Source: an archaeon
GTDB taxonomy: Archaea; Micrarchaeota; Micrarchaeia; Norongarragalinales; UBA97
Length of the DNA: 64,000 nucleotides
NCBI GenBank assembly: GCA_020057405.1
Contig: JAGVFW010000013.1
Span: forward strand, 23,144 to 87,143
Reading direction: 5' to 3'
A model generated the notes under the pieces. That model did not search any database, was not told the DNA's origin, and saw only the letters and a program-made list of their open reading frames with translations. The position numbers and the translations under genes were made by a program. Shown piece after piece: positions 1 through 9,175 of this stretch. Numbering within the stretch: position 1 is the first letter of the stretch; each line of letters begins with the position of its first letter.

Positions 1-825
1 GGCAGGACTGACGACCAGGGAATGCCTGCCCCTGCAGGCTATGACGTTACCCGCGATTTTTCATTCATCCAAGGCGAGCTTGACAAGTGGATGTCGAAAG
101 TCGTTGAGAAAAACGCGATGAAGGCAAAGGGCAAAAAGCCCGCTGACTTCGCGCAATACTTAAGCGGCCTGGGCCTGCCTCCTGGCCGCATCCTCGATGA
201 AGTGAAAAAGGCGGGACTGCCGGACAACATCATGTCTTGGAAGCTCCCCGAATCGGGAGCAGTGCTTGCGCAGCGGCTGCGAAAACCCATCGCAATTGCC
301 GCAAACAAGATGGATGTAGAAGGCGCAAGGGCGAACTTTGAGAAAATCAAGGCGGCCTTCCCCACCACGCGCGCTTTTGCCTGCAGCGCGGATGTCGAAC
401 TTGCCCTCTTGCGCGCGACTGAAAAAGGTTTTGTGAAGTACGACGGCAGGCACGTCGAGGCACTTGAAACGGCCAAGGCCAATCCTGCAATCGCGAGCGC
501 CGTTGGCCGGCTGTCTGCCTTTGTCGAGGGCAACAATGGCACGGGCGTACAGGCGCTGATTGACAGCGTGGCATTTGACTTGCTAAATTGCATCGTCGTT
601 TATCCCGTCGAGGACGAGAAACGCTATTCCGACCACTACGGGAACGTGCTGCCTGACGCGATTCTTCTCCCGCAGGGAAGCACGCCGCTTGACTTGGCCG
701 GCAAGATTCACACTGACTTGGCAGAGGGCTTTCTGCACGCAGTCAACTGCCGGGTCAAAATGCGCATAGGCAAGGACGAGCCTCTCAAAAACGGCGACAT
801 CATCAAGATAGTGTCAAGCAACTAG
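1..825 (+). CDS. GTP-binding protein, YchF/Ygr210-like, C-terminal part with TGS-like end; 5' end lies outside the window
   Basis: The frame is open to the window start. NKMD G4 motif is present. The C-terminus (…GDIIKIV) resembles the TGS domain of Obg-family translation-associated GTPases. Confidence 0.5.
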   Translation, partial: GRTDDQGMPAPAGYDVTRDFSFIQGELDKWMSKVVEKNAMKAKGKKPADFAQYLSGLGLPPGRILDEVKKAGLPDNIMSWKLPESGAVLAQRLRKPIAIAANKMDVEGARANFEKIKAAFPTTRAFACSADVELALLRATEKGFVKYDGRHVEALETAKANPAIASAVGRLSAFVEGNNGTGVQALIDSVAFDLLNCIVVYPVEDEKRYSDHYGNVLPDAILLPQGSTPLDLAGKIHTDLAEGFLHAVNCRVKMRIGKDEPLKNGDIIKIVSSN

Positions 826-1908
826 TTTGACGAGCCGGCTGCCGTCCACCTGGGTCTTCGATTCGACTAGCTTCTTTTCTTCCAAGTTGCTAAGGTAGTT
901 GCGCACGCTTCGCTCGCTGCCGAGGGCCTTTTTCTCAAAAAGCGCGTAAATTTCCGCCGAGGTTAGGGAACCACCCGCGGCTTTTAGCATTTCAACAACT
1001 GCTCCCTCGCCTGCGGAAAGCAGTTCCTCGTCTCGCGAGCGCTTTTGTTCCGCGCTGGAACCGGTTTTGGAGAACGCGGCGCGCGCGTCATCCAGTGATA
1101 CGGCCTTTGCAACCCGACTCGACGCGTTTTTGCCGGCCAGCCAAAGCGCGTGGAGGGCAACGCGGGCGTCACCGCCGGCTTTTGCACCGTGGGCGGCGCA
1201 AAGCGCAATCACTTCCTCGCCGCAGGCACCCGGAACGAAGGCCAATGCGGCGCGCTCGGCGAGTATTTTCTTCAAGTCTGAGGGCGAATAGGCCTTGAAT
1301 TCGGTTTCTTTTGGTGAAAGTGACGAGCGCACGCGGCCGTCGGTGCGGGAAAGCATTCCCGAGTCGTTGGTAACCATCACGATTGAAAAGTGCACGCCGA
1401 ACATTTCAGCAGCGCGGCTAAAGTCGTAGAGCACTGCGTGCTCGCTGCCGATGAAGAGCCGGTCCGCCTCGTCTAAAACGACGACGGGCACGCGTTTTTC
1501 GTACTTTAGCCTCTGGCAAACTCTCGAGAAAACTTCGTCAGCGGCCAAGCCGCGTCGTGGCAGCGGCTCGCCTACCTCTTGGGCAAGCTGGGCAAGCACA
1601 CCCTGGCGAGTCGCGTGCTGCCAGCAGTTTACGTAAACGCAAAGGGGCTTGCCGCTAAATTCCTGTAGCTGCTTTAGCACGTGGCGGCACACGCTTGTCT
1701 TGCCGGTTCCCGGCGGGCCGTGGATGAAGAGGTTGGAAGCTCTGCCGCCTCGGGCTGCTGGTTCGAGTGCCGAGGCAAGCTCGCGTTCCTCATTCTCCCT
1801 TCCCGGCAGCCGGTCTGGCAAAAACTCTGGGGAAAGGAGGTCCTCGTCCTTGAAAATGCCTTTGCCTGAGGAAACTTCGCGGAAAACGTTTGAAGCCATT
1901 TGCGGCAC
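814..1908 (-). CDS. cdc6: Orc1/Cdc6 replication initiator (AAA+ plus winged helix)
   Basis: Walker A GPPGTGKT, Walker B VVVLDEAD, and a C-terminal wH domain. Overall length (364 aa) and motif pattern fit archaeal Orc1/Cdc6. Confidence 0.9.
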   Translation of the reverse strand: MPQMASNVFREVSSGKGIFKDEDLLSPEFLPDRLPGRENEERELASALEPAARGGRASNLFIHGPPGTGKTSVCRHVLKQLQEFSGKPLCVYVNCWQHATRQGVLAQLAQEVGEPLPRRGLAADEVFSRVCQRLKYEKRVPVVVLDEADRLFIGSEHAVLYDFSRAAEMFGVHFSIVMVTNDSGMLSRTDGRVRSSLSPKETEFKAYSPSDLKKILAERAALAFVPGACGEEVIALCAAHGAKAGGDARVALHALWLAGKNASSRVAKAVSLDDARAAFSKTGSSAEQKRSRDEELLSAGEGAVVEMLKAAGGSLTSAEIYALFEKKALGSERSVRNYLSNLEEKKLVESKTQVDGSRLVKLVA

Positions 1909-2025
1909 TAGTAGGCGGGCGGGGCTATTTATTGATGCAAGTGGCTTGCCGGCCTTTGCTAAGCGCGGGCGAGAGAGAGCGCCACCTTAAGCCGCAGTTT
2001 TATATGAGGAAGTTCGAATTGTTGC

Positions 2026-2397
2026 ATGGAACGCATGGCACTCAAGTCTTCGCGCAAACACTTCAATAGCTACGTCAACGCTAATCGCGAGTCAATATTG
2101 TCCTTGCTTGAAATGGTTCGAAGCGACCCCGCGCACAAGAACCTTGTCGAAAGCAATCGCTCCATTCAACACGCCATCGGACGGCTGGAAACCATTCACG
2201 ACTGGCTGGGCTACGCCATCAGCACGCGCTCAACAAACAAGCCCGAAGGCCTGCAAGAATTTGAAAAACTAATTGGAGCAGGTTCCTCAAAAACTGGGGA
2301 GAGCAAAAAGACGTTTGGGCTGGTTTCAATACTTTTGCAAGAGTCCCAAGTGCACCAGGCTACCTTGCGCGCCTTGTTCCAATCGTCAGGGCAATAG
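2026..2397 (+). CDS. hypothetical protein (123 aa)
   Basis: ORF lies in the cdc6-upstream intergenic region. No recognisable motif. Confidence 0.3.
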   Translation: MERMALKSSRKHFNSYVNANRESILSLLEMVRSDPAHKNLVESNRSIQHAIGRLETIHDWLGYAISTRSTNKPEGLQEFEKLIGAGSSKTGESKKTFGLVSILLQESQVHQATLRALFQSSGQ

Positions 2398-2444
2398 CCC
2401 GACGCCCGTTTTTAAGAGACCCTCGTCTTGCGCCAACTTATTTA

Positions 2445-3308
2445 TTGGCGGCCAGCGCCACTCATTGCATGAAAGCAGTTCTTTCCCTCATCCGGCCGGA
2501 ATTCCCGGCAATGACGTTTGCGGGCGTGCTATTTGGCGCGGCTGTTGCGACGAAAAGCTTCGCGCCTGCCTTCGCCCTAGCCGCAATCGGGCCCGCCCTG
2601 ATTACGGCGGGAAGTTTTGCGCTAAACGACTACTTTGACGTTGCGAGCGACCGGAAGCTCGGCCGAAAAGACAGGCCGCTAGTTAGCGGTGCAATGCATC
2701 CGGCACAAGTGCTTATTGCCGGTGCGGCGATGATGCTGGCCGGCCTGGGCCTTTCGTATTACTTTAGTGGCGCCCTCGCCTTCGCAATCGCCTTTGTTTT
2801 CGGCGTGCTCGCGCTTGCCTACAACGCTTGGCTGAAAAAAACGCTGGTGGTCGGAAACGTGGCAGTGTCGACCACCTACGCCATTCCCTTCATCTACGGC
2901 AATATCATCGCCGCGGGCAACCTTGGCGAACTCAACCAATTCGTCCTGCTTTTCGCCGCAGTCGCGTTTCTTGCCGGCCTTGGAAGGGAGTTTCTCAATA
3001 GCATCAAGGACATGGCGGGCGACAAGAAGTTGGGTGCCCTGTCGTTGCCGATGTTTGTAGGCGCGCGGCCGGTAATCGCAATTGCGGCAGTACTTTTCGC
3101 AGCGGCGATTTTCCTTAGCCTGATTCCAATGGCAAGCGGCATTCAACTGCCTTACTTGGCCCTAGTGGGGGCGTGCGATTTGCTTTTGCTAAAGAGCGCC
3201 TACTCGGCGTGGAACGACTATTCGTACGAAAATTTGGCGAAAGTCAGGAAGTGGACGATTTACGCACTCGTTCTTGGAGTAATTGGCTTTGCGACTCTCG
3301 CACTCTAA
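2445..3308 (+). CDS. UbiA-family prenyltransferase, probably digeranylgeranylglyceryl phosphate (DGGGP) synthase
   Basis: NDYFDVASDRKLGR aspartate-rich motif and multiple TM helices. The ~287 aa size is typical of archaeal DGGGPS. Confidence 0.75.
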   Translation: MAASATHCMKAVLSLIRPEFPAMTFAGVLFGAAVATKSFAPAFALAAIGPALITAGSFALNDYFDVASDRKLGRKDRPLVSGAMHPAQVLIAGAAMMLAGLGLSYYFSGALAFAIAFVFGVLALAYNAWLKKTLVVGNVAVSTTYAIPFIYGNIIAAGNLGELNQFVLLFAAVAFLAGLGREFLNSIKDMAGDKKLGALSLPMFVGARPVIAIAAVLFAAAIFLSLIPMASGIQLPYLALVGACDLLLLKSAYSAWNDYSYENLAKVRKWTIYALVLGVIGFATLAL

Positions 3309-3685
3309 GTAATTTGGTCTAGCGTCATTCCGGCCTCAAGGTCGCCGGTTAGAAGCGCGTAGCTTTTTTCAGTTTCCCGCAGGGCCTGCAGGGGGTAGAA
3401 GCGCCACTGCTGTCGGTGCGCCTTCCACGCAACGTAAGTCTGCAAGTTGGTCGCCTGCTCCCACTCGAGCATTTGCTTGAAGCGGTCTTTTGGAATGTAG
3501 ACCGAGTCCTTCCAGGCCTTGCATTCTAGTGCGAAGCGCTTTGTCTTGCCAAGCGCGATTAAGTCCGGCGTGTCGCCGGCAACCCCGCTGCCGGCGGCGC
3601 GGATGACCTTGAATCCAAGCACTTCAAGGCGCTTTTGCAGCTCGCGCTCGAAATGGCTTCCCTTCACGTAACGCCAGGCGGGCAT
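3305..3685 (-). CDS. hjc: Holliday junction resolvase Hjc (start moved to an internal Met of the listed ORF)
   Basis: …ERELQKRLEVLGFKVIRAAGSG…DLIALGK…ECK… is the archaeal Hjc nuclease core. Starting at MPAWRY gives ~126 aa, the typical Hjc size. Confidence 0.75.
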   Translation of the reverse strand: MPAWRYVKGSHFERELQKRLEVLGFKVIRAAGSGVAGDTPDLIALGKTKRFALECKAWKDSVYIPKDRFKQMLEWEQATNLQTYVAWKAHRQQWRFYPLQALRETEKSYALLTGDLEAGMTLDQIT

Positions 3686-3719
3686 GCAAGTGTGTAGGAA
3701 AAGGCTAAGTAATAAACGC

Positions 3720-4145
3720 TTAGAGCTTGCGTGCGCGCTCCAATGCCGCAATGGCTGCGTAAGCGCGAAGATACGTGTCATGACCCAGCTGATTTCGGTG
3801 GGCGAAGAGCAGTTCCTGCAAGTCATTTAGCAACAGTTCGCGGTTAGCTGCGGGCACGGTGCCGTGCAATAGCCCGGCCGAAGTGCGAATCGATTCAGTA
3901 CCCTGCCTGAATGCGAAATCGTAAAATTTCGCGTTTCCGGGCGAAGCGGCGTTGTTCAAAACGAGTTGGTCGTGTACGCTGGCAACGTTGCAAACGCCGT
4001 AAGCAAATTCAAGTGCCGCCTGCTTTCGCGCCTTGCCGGTGGCTGGAACGCTTGCAGCGCGCTTGCGCAAAACATCTATCGCGGCTTTGGGAAGCTCCAA
4101 ACCGTGCCATGCGGGCATATCAAACAATTCAGGTTGAGGCGCCAA
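3720..4145 (-). CDS. hypothetical protein (141 aa)
   Basis: ORF only. Confidence 0.3.
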   Translation of the reverse strand: MAPQPELFDMPAWHGLELPKAAIDVLRKRAASVPATGKARKQAALEFAYGVCNVASVHDQLVLNNAASPGNAKFYDFAFRQGTESIRTSAGLLHGTVPAANRELLLNDLQELLFAHRNQLGHDTYLRAYAAIAALERARKL

Positions 4146-4222
4146 TTAACGCCTTCGCTTCGGCCATTGCCGTAATGGAGTTCGACGATGCTCAAAAGCC
4201 TTTTATATTTGCGGCGGCATAA

Positions 4223-4648
4223 TTGTTCATGCGAACAGGAATCAAGGTAGGAGACTGCATGAAAACAACGCTTGTAGCAATAGGTGCTGGCGCCTCGATT
4301 TACGAGGCTGCCGAGCTGATGAAACGCGAGAGGGTAGGAAGCCTTCTTGTCGAGGACGGCAACGGCGACCTTAGCTCCATTGTTACCGACACGGACATCG
4401 TAGACAAGTGTGTTGCTACGCGCAACATGGACGTGACGGTAGGCTCAATCGCAAACAGCCCCCTCGTGGCAATTGACTTCGAGGCGGACTTAAGCGAGGC
4501 GGCTACGCTGATGGGGAAAAAGGGCGTCAAGCGCATCGTAGTTACAAAGGACGGCAGGCCCGCGGGCATGGTGTCGATGACCGACATCATCAGCCTCTCT
4601 CCTTCTTCGTATGAACTGGTCGCAGGCAAGGTAAGGGGCAGCCACTAG
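4223..4648 (+). CDS. CBS-domain pair protein
   Basis: Two CBS-like repeats (…ASIYEAAELMKRERVGSLLV… and …LSEAATLMGKKGVKRIVV…). Confidence 0.7.
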   Translation: MFMRTGIKVGDCMKTTLVAIGAGASIYEAAELMKRERVGSLLVEDGNGDLSSIVTDTDIVDKCVATRNMDVTVGSIANSPLVAIDFEADLSEAATLMGKKGVKRIVVTKDGRPAGMVSMTDIISLSPSSYELVAGKVRGSH

Positions 4649-4651
4649 GCA

Positions 4652-5089
4652 GTGGCGCATACTGAGCAAACCGGCCGGAAACGTTGTTTCCGCCCCCTAG
4701 CGAGAGAAAGGTTCATGGAAACGCAGGAAAAGCGAAAACTGCTCTCCAAAATCCGCCTCATGCTGGAAAAAGAAGCAGTGTTAGTGGAGGGAAAAAAAGA
4801 CGTTTCTGCGCTGGCAACCGCCGGCTTTACCGTGCCCCGCATAATCGCGGTGCAGGGAACAAAGCCCGAACGGATTGTTGGCAAATTGGAGCTTGACGGC
4901 ACTGGCGTGCTACTGCTCTTTGACTTTGACGACGAAGGAAAACGGAAAGAGGCCGCGTACGAGGCGATTCTCGCATCGTATGGCATCCCGGTTGATCGAC
5001 CGGGACGAAAGGCCTTCCGCGCGCTTTTCCGCGTACGCACGGTCGAAGACCTCCCGCACGCCATGGCGGAGCTCAGAAAAGAGGGTTGA
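4652..5089 (+). CDS. small Toprim-domain protein; possibly starts at an internal Met near 4715
   Basis: Conserved Glu (VLVEGKKD) and DxD (LLFDFDDEG) of the Toprim fold. Its stop overlaps the dnaG start. Confidence 0.55.
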   Translation: MAHTEQTGRKRCFRPLARERFMETQEKRKLLSKIRLMLEKEAVLVEGKKDVSALATAGFTVPRIIAVQGTKPERIVGKLELDGTGVLLLFDFDDEGKRKEAAYEAILASYGIPVDRPGRKAFRALFRVRTVEDLPHAMAELRKEG

Positions 5090-6504
5090 TTGACATGGGT
5101 AAGACTTATGTGGACATAGTAAAATATCAAATTCGCGCCTCGCTTGAAGTCAATGGCATCGTAGAGAAGCCAGACATTGTTGGTGCAATCTTCGGCCAGA
5201 CCGAAGGCCTTCTAGGCGACGACCTCGACTTGAGGGAACTGCAGAAGAGCGGACGCATCGGGCGCATCGAAGTCGAGACGCAAGTGCGCGGCGGAAAGTG
5301 CGTAGGCACGGTAATCATCCCCTCCAGCCTTGACATGGTCGAGACGAGCATTCTCGCGGCTGCCCTTGAAATCGTCGACAGGGTCGGCCCTTGCGACGCT
5401 CGCATCAAGACCGAACGCATTGAAGACACGCGAAACCTCAAGCGCAAGCAAGTCTTGGGCAGGGCGCGCGAACTGCTAAAGACCATGCTGATGAGCGAAA
5501 TTCCCGAAAGCAAGGAGCTCTCCGAGATGGTGCGCGATGACGTCAAAGTCGCCGAAATCGTCAACTACGGCCCCGACAACCTGCCTGCAGGACCTGCAAT
5601 CGACTCGAGCCCCGACATCATCGTCGTCGAGGGCCGTGCCGACGTGCTAAACTTGCTCAAAAACGGCATGAAGAACGCAATCGCCATCGGCGGTGCCAAT
5701 GTCGGCAAGGGAATTGCTGACCTCTGCCGCAAGAAGGAAGTCACGCTCTTCCTTGACGGCGACCGCGGCGGTGACATCATCCTAAAGGAGATGGTGAACG
5801 CCACCGAAGTCGAGTTCGTTGCCCGTGCTCCAATCGGCCACGAGGTCGAGGAACTTGCTCGCAAGGAAATCATCCAGTGCCTGCGTAGGCGCATCCCCAC
5901 CGAACAGGCGCTCTCCGAGGCAGCTAGCGGCACGGGCCAGCGTGGCGGAGACCGCGGACGCGAGCCCGAACGCAGCAGCCCTACTAGGCCTGAGCTTAAC
6001 CGCGGTCGTGACGACCGTGGCAGCGGAAGGTCTGGCGGCTTTGAGCGCGGCGGACGCGACGACCGTGGCGGCCGGCCCGGATTCGATAGGGGCAGGCCAA
6101 GCTACGACGGGCCACGCGACTCAAGCCCGGCGCAAGCGCCCTCGGCTCCGATGATGCAAGCGCCAGAGCCAATGCAGTCGGCCCCCGCTCCAGTGCAGGA
6201 GCCCCTCCCGCCGGTTCCCGCTGAAGTCGCAGAGCCCCTGCGTGCTTCGCTTAAGGAACTGAGCGGCTCGCTAAAGGCGCGCGTCTTTGATGTCGCAATG
6301 ACTGTGACGCAGGAAGTGCCTGTGCGCGAAGTGGTGCTTGAAGTGGGCAAGATGGATAACGTGCACGCTGTTGCCCTCGACGGCATCGTCACGCAGCGCC
6401 TGCTTGACCTGGCCGAGACAAAAGCCATCAAGTACGTCGCCGGCATCCGCCTTGGCAACGTCACGCGAAGGCCCGAAGGCATCGGAATAGTTCTCGCTGC
6501 TTAA
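5086..6504 (+). CDS. dnaG: archaeal DnaG (Toprim primase/exosome-associated) with an RG/RGG-rich low-complexity insertion
   Basis: The N-terminal archaeal DnaG signature and Toprim core (IIVVEGRADV…LFLDGDRGGD) are present. Residues ~280-370 are an Arg/Gly/Asp/Pro-rich low-complexity region. Confidence 0.85.
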   Translation: MIDMGKTYVDIVKYQIRASLEVNGIVEKPDIVGAIFGQTEGLLGDDLDLRELQKSGRIGRIEVETQVRGGKCVGTVIIPSSLDMVETSILAAALEIVDRVGPCDARIKTERIEDTRNLKRKQVLGRARELLKTMLMSEIPESKELSEMVRDDVKVAEIVNYGPDNLPAGPAIDSSPDIIVVEGRADVLNLLKNGMKNAIAIGGANVGKGIADLCRKKEVTLFLDGDRGGDIILKEMVNATEVEFVARAPIGHEVEELARKEIIQCLRRRIPTEQALSEAASGTGQRGGDRGREPERSSPTRPELNRGRDDRGSGRSGGFERGGRDDRGGRPGFDRGRPSYDGPRDSSPAQAPSAPMMQAPEPMQSAPAPVQEPLPPVPAEVAEPLRASLKELSGSLKARVFDVAMTVTQEVPVREVVLEVGKMDNVHAVALDGIVTQRLLDLAETKAIKYVAGIRLGNVTRRPEGIGIVLAA

Positions 6505-6627
6505 TTTTGAGCAACGCGCCGTAAACGGCGCGGGCATTTTTTTACAATCCCTTAGCCGGAGGCATGACTCGTGCAGCTGGCTTTTTCCCACATCATTTAT
6601 TACCCTTAACTGCGCTAAGCCCTAATC

Positions 6628-8169
6628 GTGGAGGAGGAAGCGGCGCCCGCCCAGGAGTTTGTCTTTTCGCACAAAGCGAGCGACAAGCAAATCAAAAAAC
6701 GCGTGAGCCTGCATGAGCTCATGGCGGCATACGAGTCGGCCCAGACTACGGCAGACATCCCGATTCCAAGAAACCCGCTTGACCAAATTATCGGCCAAGA
6801 CGAGGCGGTTCGAACGGCTGCGATTGCGGCAAAACAGCGCCGTCACCTGCTTTTAGTCGCTCCGCCAGGGACCGGCAAGTCATTGATTGCACAGGCAATC
6901 AGCCTGCAGCTGCCAAAACCAATGCAGCAGATAGAAATAATCCACAATCCCGAAAACCCGGAGCGGCCCATCGCGGAATCACGGACGCATGAAGAGATTG
7001 AGAAAGACAAGCGCAGCCTTAGGGAAGTGCAGGGCAAGACCGTAAACCCGCAGGAAGTGCCGGGGTTCGTCGCCGAGCGCCTGGGCTTCCGCTGCCGCCG
7101 CTGCGCAACTTACTCGCCGGCCCGCACTCAGTACTGTCCCAGCTGCAATTCAGACAAGTACGCCCGCGAGCAAATGCAGTCGCCCTTCGGCGACCTTCTC
7201 GCACCCTACTTTGAGGAAAACGAAAGGCAAGATAGGGTGCACACGACCAAGCTTGACCCCGGAGGCAGGGAGGAAGTAGTTGTTTACGAACGGTCGGGAG
7301 AGCAGGTGCTCGTGCTCGACCAAAAGTACCTCGAGCGCCTCAACACCTTGAAAAAACAGAATCCCCGCAGGATACTGGTGCCGTTTAACCGCAAGACTTT
7401 CGTCGTCGCAACTGGCGCAAGCGAGACTGAATTGCTTGGCGACGTTCGCCACGACCCCTACGGCGGGCACCCTGGCATCGGCACGCTACCGTACCTGCGC
7501 GTCGTGCCGGGGGCAGTGCACGAGGCGCATGAGGGCGTCCTCTTCATCGACGAGATTTCGGCACTCGCCTACATCCAACGCTTTTTGCTTACTGCAATGC
7601 AAGAAAAGAAGTACTCGATTGTCGGAAGGAACCCGCACAGCGCGGGCGCGTCTGTGAAAGTCGAGAGCGTGCCGTGCGACTTCATCCTCATCGCCGCAAG
7701 CAACATCAACGACTTGCCAAGCATCCTCCCGCCCCTGCGTTCCCGCATCATCGGAAACGGCTACGAGGTACTGCTTGAAACGCACGCGCCGGACACTCTT
7801 GAAAACCGCGCGAAGTTCGCGCAGTTCGTCGCACAGGAAATCAAAAAAGACGGCAAAATCCCGCACGCTTCCCGCGAGGCAATCGAGGCCATCATCGATG
7901 AGGCGAAAAGGCGAGCGAAAACAGTTGACGGAATCGACGGTGCCCTCACACTCCGCCTGCGCGAGCTCTCCGGCATCATCCGCCTCTCAGGCGACATCGC
8001 AAGCGCCCAAGGCGCACCCCTCATTGAAAAGGCTTTTGTCGAACTGGCCCGCACCAAGCGCGGCCGAAGGATTGAAGAGCAGCTAAAGGACCGCTACGGC
8101 TCGATGTACAAAGCCCAGATGGGCGACGTCGGAAAAGACAGCGAGCGCGAAGGACAGGAAGTAAGCTGA
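6628..8169 (+). CDS. Lon-related AAA+ ATPase lacking a protease domain, with an inserted C4 zinc ribbon
   Basis: The N-terminus resembles LonB (IIGQDEAVRTAAIAAKQRRHLLLVAPPGTGKS). A Walker B/sensor follows (VLFIDEISAL). CRRC…CPSC sits between Walker A and Walker B. There is no Ser-Lys protease domain at the C-terminus. Confidence 0.6.
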   Translation: MEEEAAPAQEFVFSHKASDKQIKKRVSLHELMAAYESAQTTADIPIPRNPLDQIIGQDEAVRTAAIAAKQRRHLLLVAPPGTGKSLIAQAISLQLPKPMQQIEIIHNPENPERPIAESRTHEEIEKDKRSLREVQGKTVNPQEVPGFVAERLGFRCRRCATYSPARTQYCPSCNSDKYAREQMQSPFGDLLAPYFEENERQDRVHTTKLDPGGREEVVVYERSGEQVLVLDQKYLERLNTLKKQNPRRILVPFNRKTFVVATGASETELLGDVRHDPYGGHPGIGTLPYLRVVPGAVHEAHEGVLFIDEISALAYIQRFLLTAMQEKKYSIVGRNPHSAGASVKVESVPCDFILIAASNINDLPSILPPLRSRIIGNGYEVLLETHAPDTLENRAKFAQFVAQEIKKDGKIPHASREAIEAIIDEAKRRAKTVDGIDGALTLRLRELSGIIRLSGDIASAQGAPLIEKAFVELARTKRGRRIEEQLKDRYGSMYKAQMGDVGKDSEREGQEVS

Positions 8170-8175
8170 TGCGCA

Positions 8176-8547
8176 ATGACGCACCTCGTTCTCAAAGTAA
8201 TGCCCTGGAAACTGGCGGTGTGCAAGCTGCCTCTAAACGCGCGCCTTCCCCGCGTCAAAGGCTTCTTCTGCATGACAAAGGCAGACGGGGAATACACGTT
8301 GGTCTGCGACTCCAAGTTCGTTCCTCCAGACGCGATTGCCGAAAGCGGTTGGACTGCTTTTAGGGTGGAGGGAAAGCTCGGCTTCGGCCTGACGGGAATA
8401 CTCTCGTCAATTGCCTCGCCACTGGCTGACGCGAAAATCGGCATTTTCGCAATTTCCACTTTTGACACCGACTACGTGCTAGTAAAGCAAGAGAAACTCG
8501 AGGCGGCAATTGCCACCTTGGGAAAAACTTTCGAAGTCAGGCGCTAG
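8176..8547 (+). CDS. ACT-domain (ACT_7-like) protein
   Basis: …GILSSIASPLADAKIGIFAISTFDTDYVLV… is the ACT fold signature. Confidence 0.5.
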   Translation: MTHLVLKVMPWKLAVCKLPLNARLPRVKGFFCMTKADGEYTLVCDSKFVPPDAIAESGWTAFRVEGKLGFGLTGILSSIASPLADAKIGIFAISTFDTDYVLVKQEKLEAAIATLGKTFEVRR

Positions 8548-8960
8548 CGCTTCCTAAAGCCGCGCGCATGCGCCTGCTTTGCTATGCGGATGAGCTTCTT
8601 GTGGTGCTCGGGAATGTCTTTCTCGTATTCCTCGAGAGGCACGACGATTTTCCCAGTCTGGTAGACTATGAGGGCAACAGTCGCAAGGGCGAGCCAGAAG
8701 AGGAACGCCGCAATCGGGCCCATGACAACGCCGACTACGTCCTCGCCCGTGAAGTTGTAGGGCGCTGCGATGCTCCAGCCGAAGAGCTGCACGATGAGCT
8801 CTGGGCGCGCTTGGGCGTAGATGGCCTTGTTGACGGTGACGAAGACCTGGTAGGCTGCCTCGAGTGCCTTTAGCACAAAAGCGAAGAGGAAGAAAGCGCC
8901 CGCAAGCTTGAGTAGATGGAAGCGTTTGCCGCCGACAGAGAGCCAAATTATGCGATGCAC
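8544..8960 (-). CDS. membrane protein (3-4 TM)
   Basis: Hydrophobic helices. ORF only. Confidence 0.4.
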   Translation of the reverse strand: MHRIIWLSVGGKRFHLLKLAGAFFLFAFVLKALEAAYQVFVTVNKAIYAQARPELIVQLFGWSIAAPYNFTGEDVVGVVMGPIAAFLFWLALATVALIVYQTGKIVVPLEEYEKDIPEHHKKLIRIAKQAHARGFRKR

Positions 8961-9064
8961 TCAAATCACCCTTAAATGAGTTAGTACTCTTGGCGGCCAT
9001 TTAAAGCTTGCGAAACGGCTTCTTTGGACCGCATTTTATTCCTTTCCAGCTAAATATACTACGG

Positions 9065-9137
9065 GGGCCCGTAGTCGAATGGTAAGACGTCTGCTTTACA
9101 CGCAGAAGACCCGGAGTCCGATTCTCCGCGGGCCCAC
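9065..9137 (+). tRNA. tRNA-Val (anticodon UAC)
   Basis: Cloverleaf folded by hand. Acceptor GGGCCCG/CGGGCCC, anticodon stem UCUGC/GCAGA, loop UUUACAC, T-arm CGGAG-UCCGAUU-CUCCG. Confidence 0.75.
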
Positions 9138-9175
9138 CTAATTTATTATACTTAATCTACGAGAAGTAACGCAGC

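Noticed and set aside
39-593. Long antisense or alternative-frame ORFs inside confident genes. Examples are 39-593(-), 160-453(-), 1067-1291(+), 2679-3146(-), 5127-5564(-), 5565-5933(-), 6102-6482(-), 26728-27273(-), 30562-31083(-), 38592-39077(-) and 21923-22603(-).
   Set aside because: They lie entirely within, and opposite to, genes with strong family signatures. Their translations are Arg/Ala/Ser/Pro-rich and low-complexity, as expected for spurious ORFs in GC-rich DNA.
1909-2444. Replication origin expected in the intergenic region upstream of orc1/cdc6.
   Set aside because: I looked for ORB or mini-ORB-like repeats, or an AT-rich unwinding element, and found none by eye. A 123-aa ORF occupies most of the region. 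This remains possible but unsupported.
9001-9062. AAATATA just upstream of tRNA-Val, as a TATA box.
   Set aside because: It is only ~8-12 nt from the mature 5' end, too close for a canonical archaeal promoter at about -26. It is likely coincidental AT-rich sequence.
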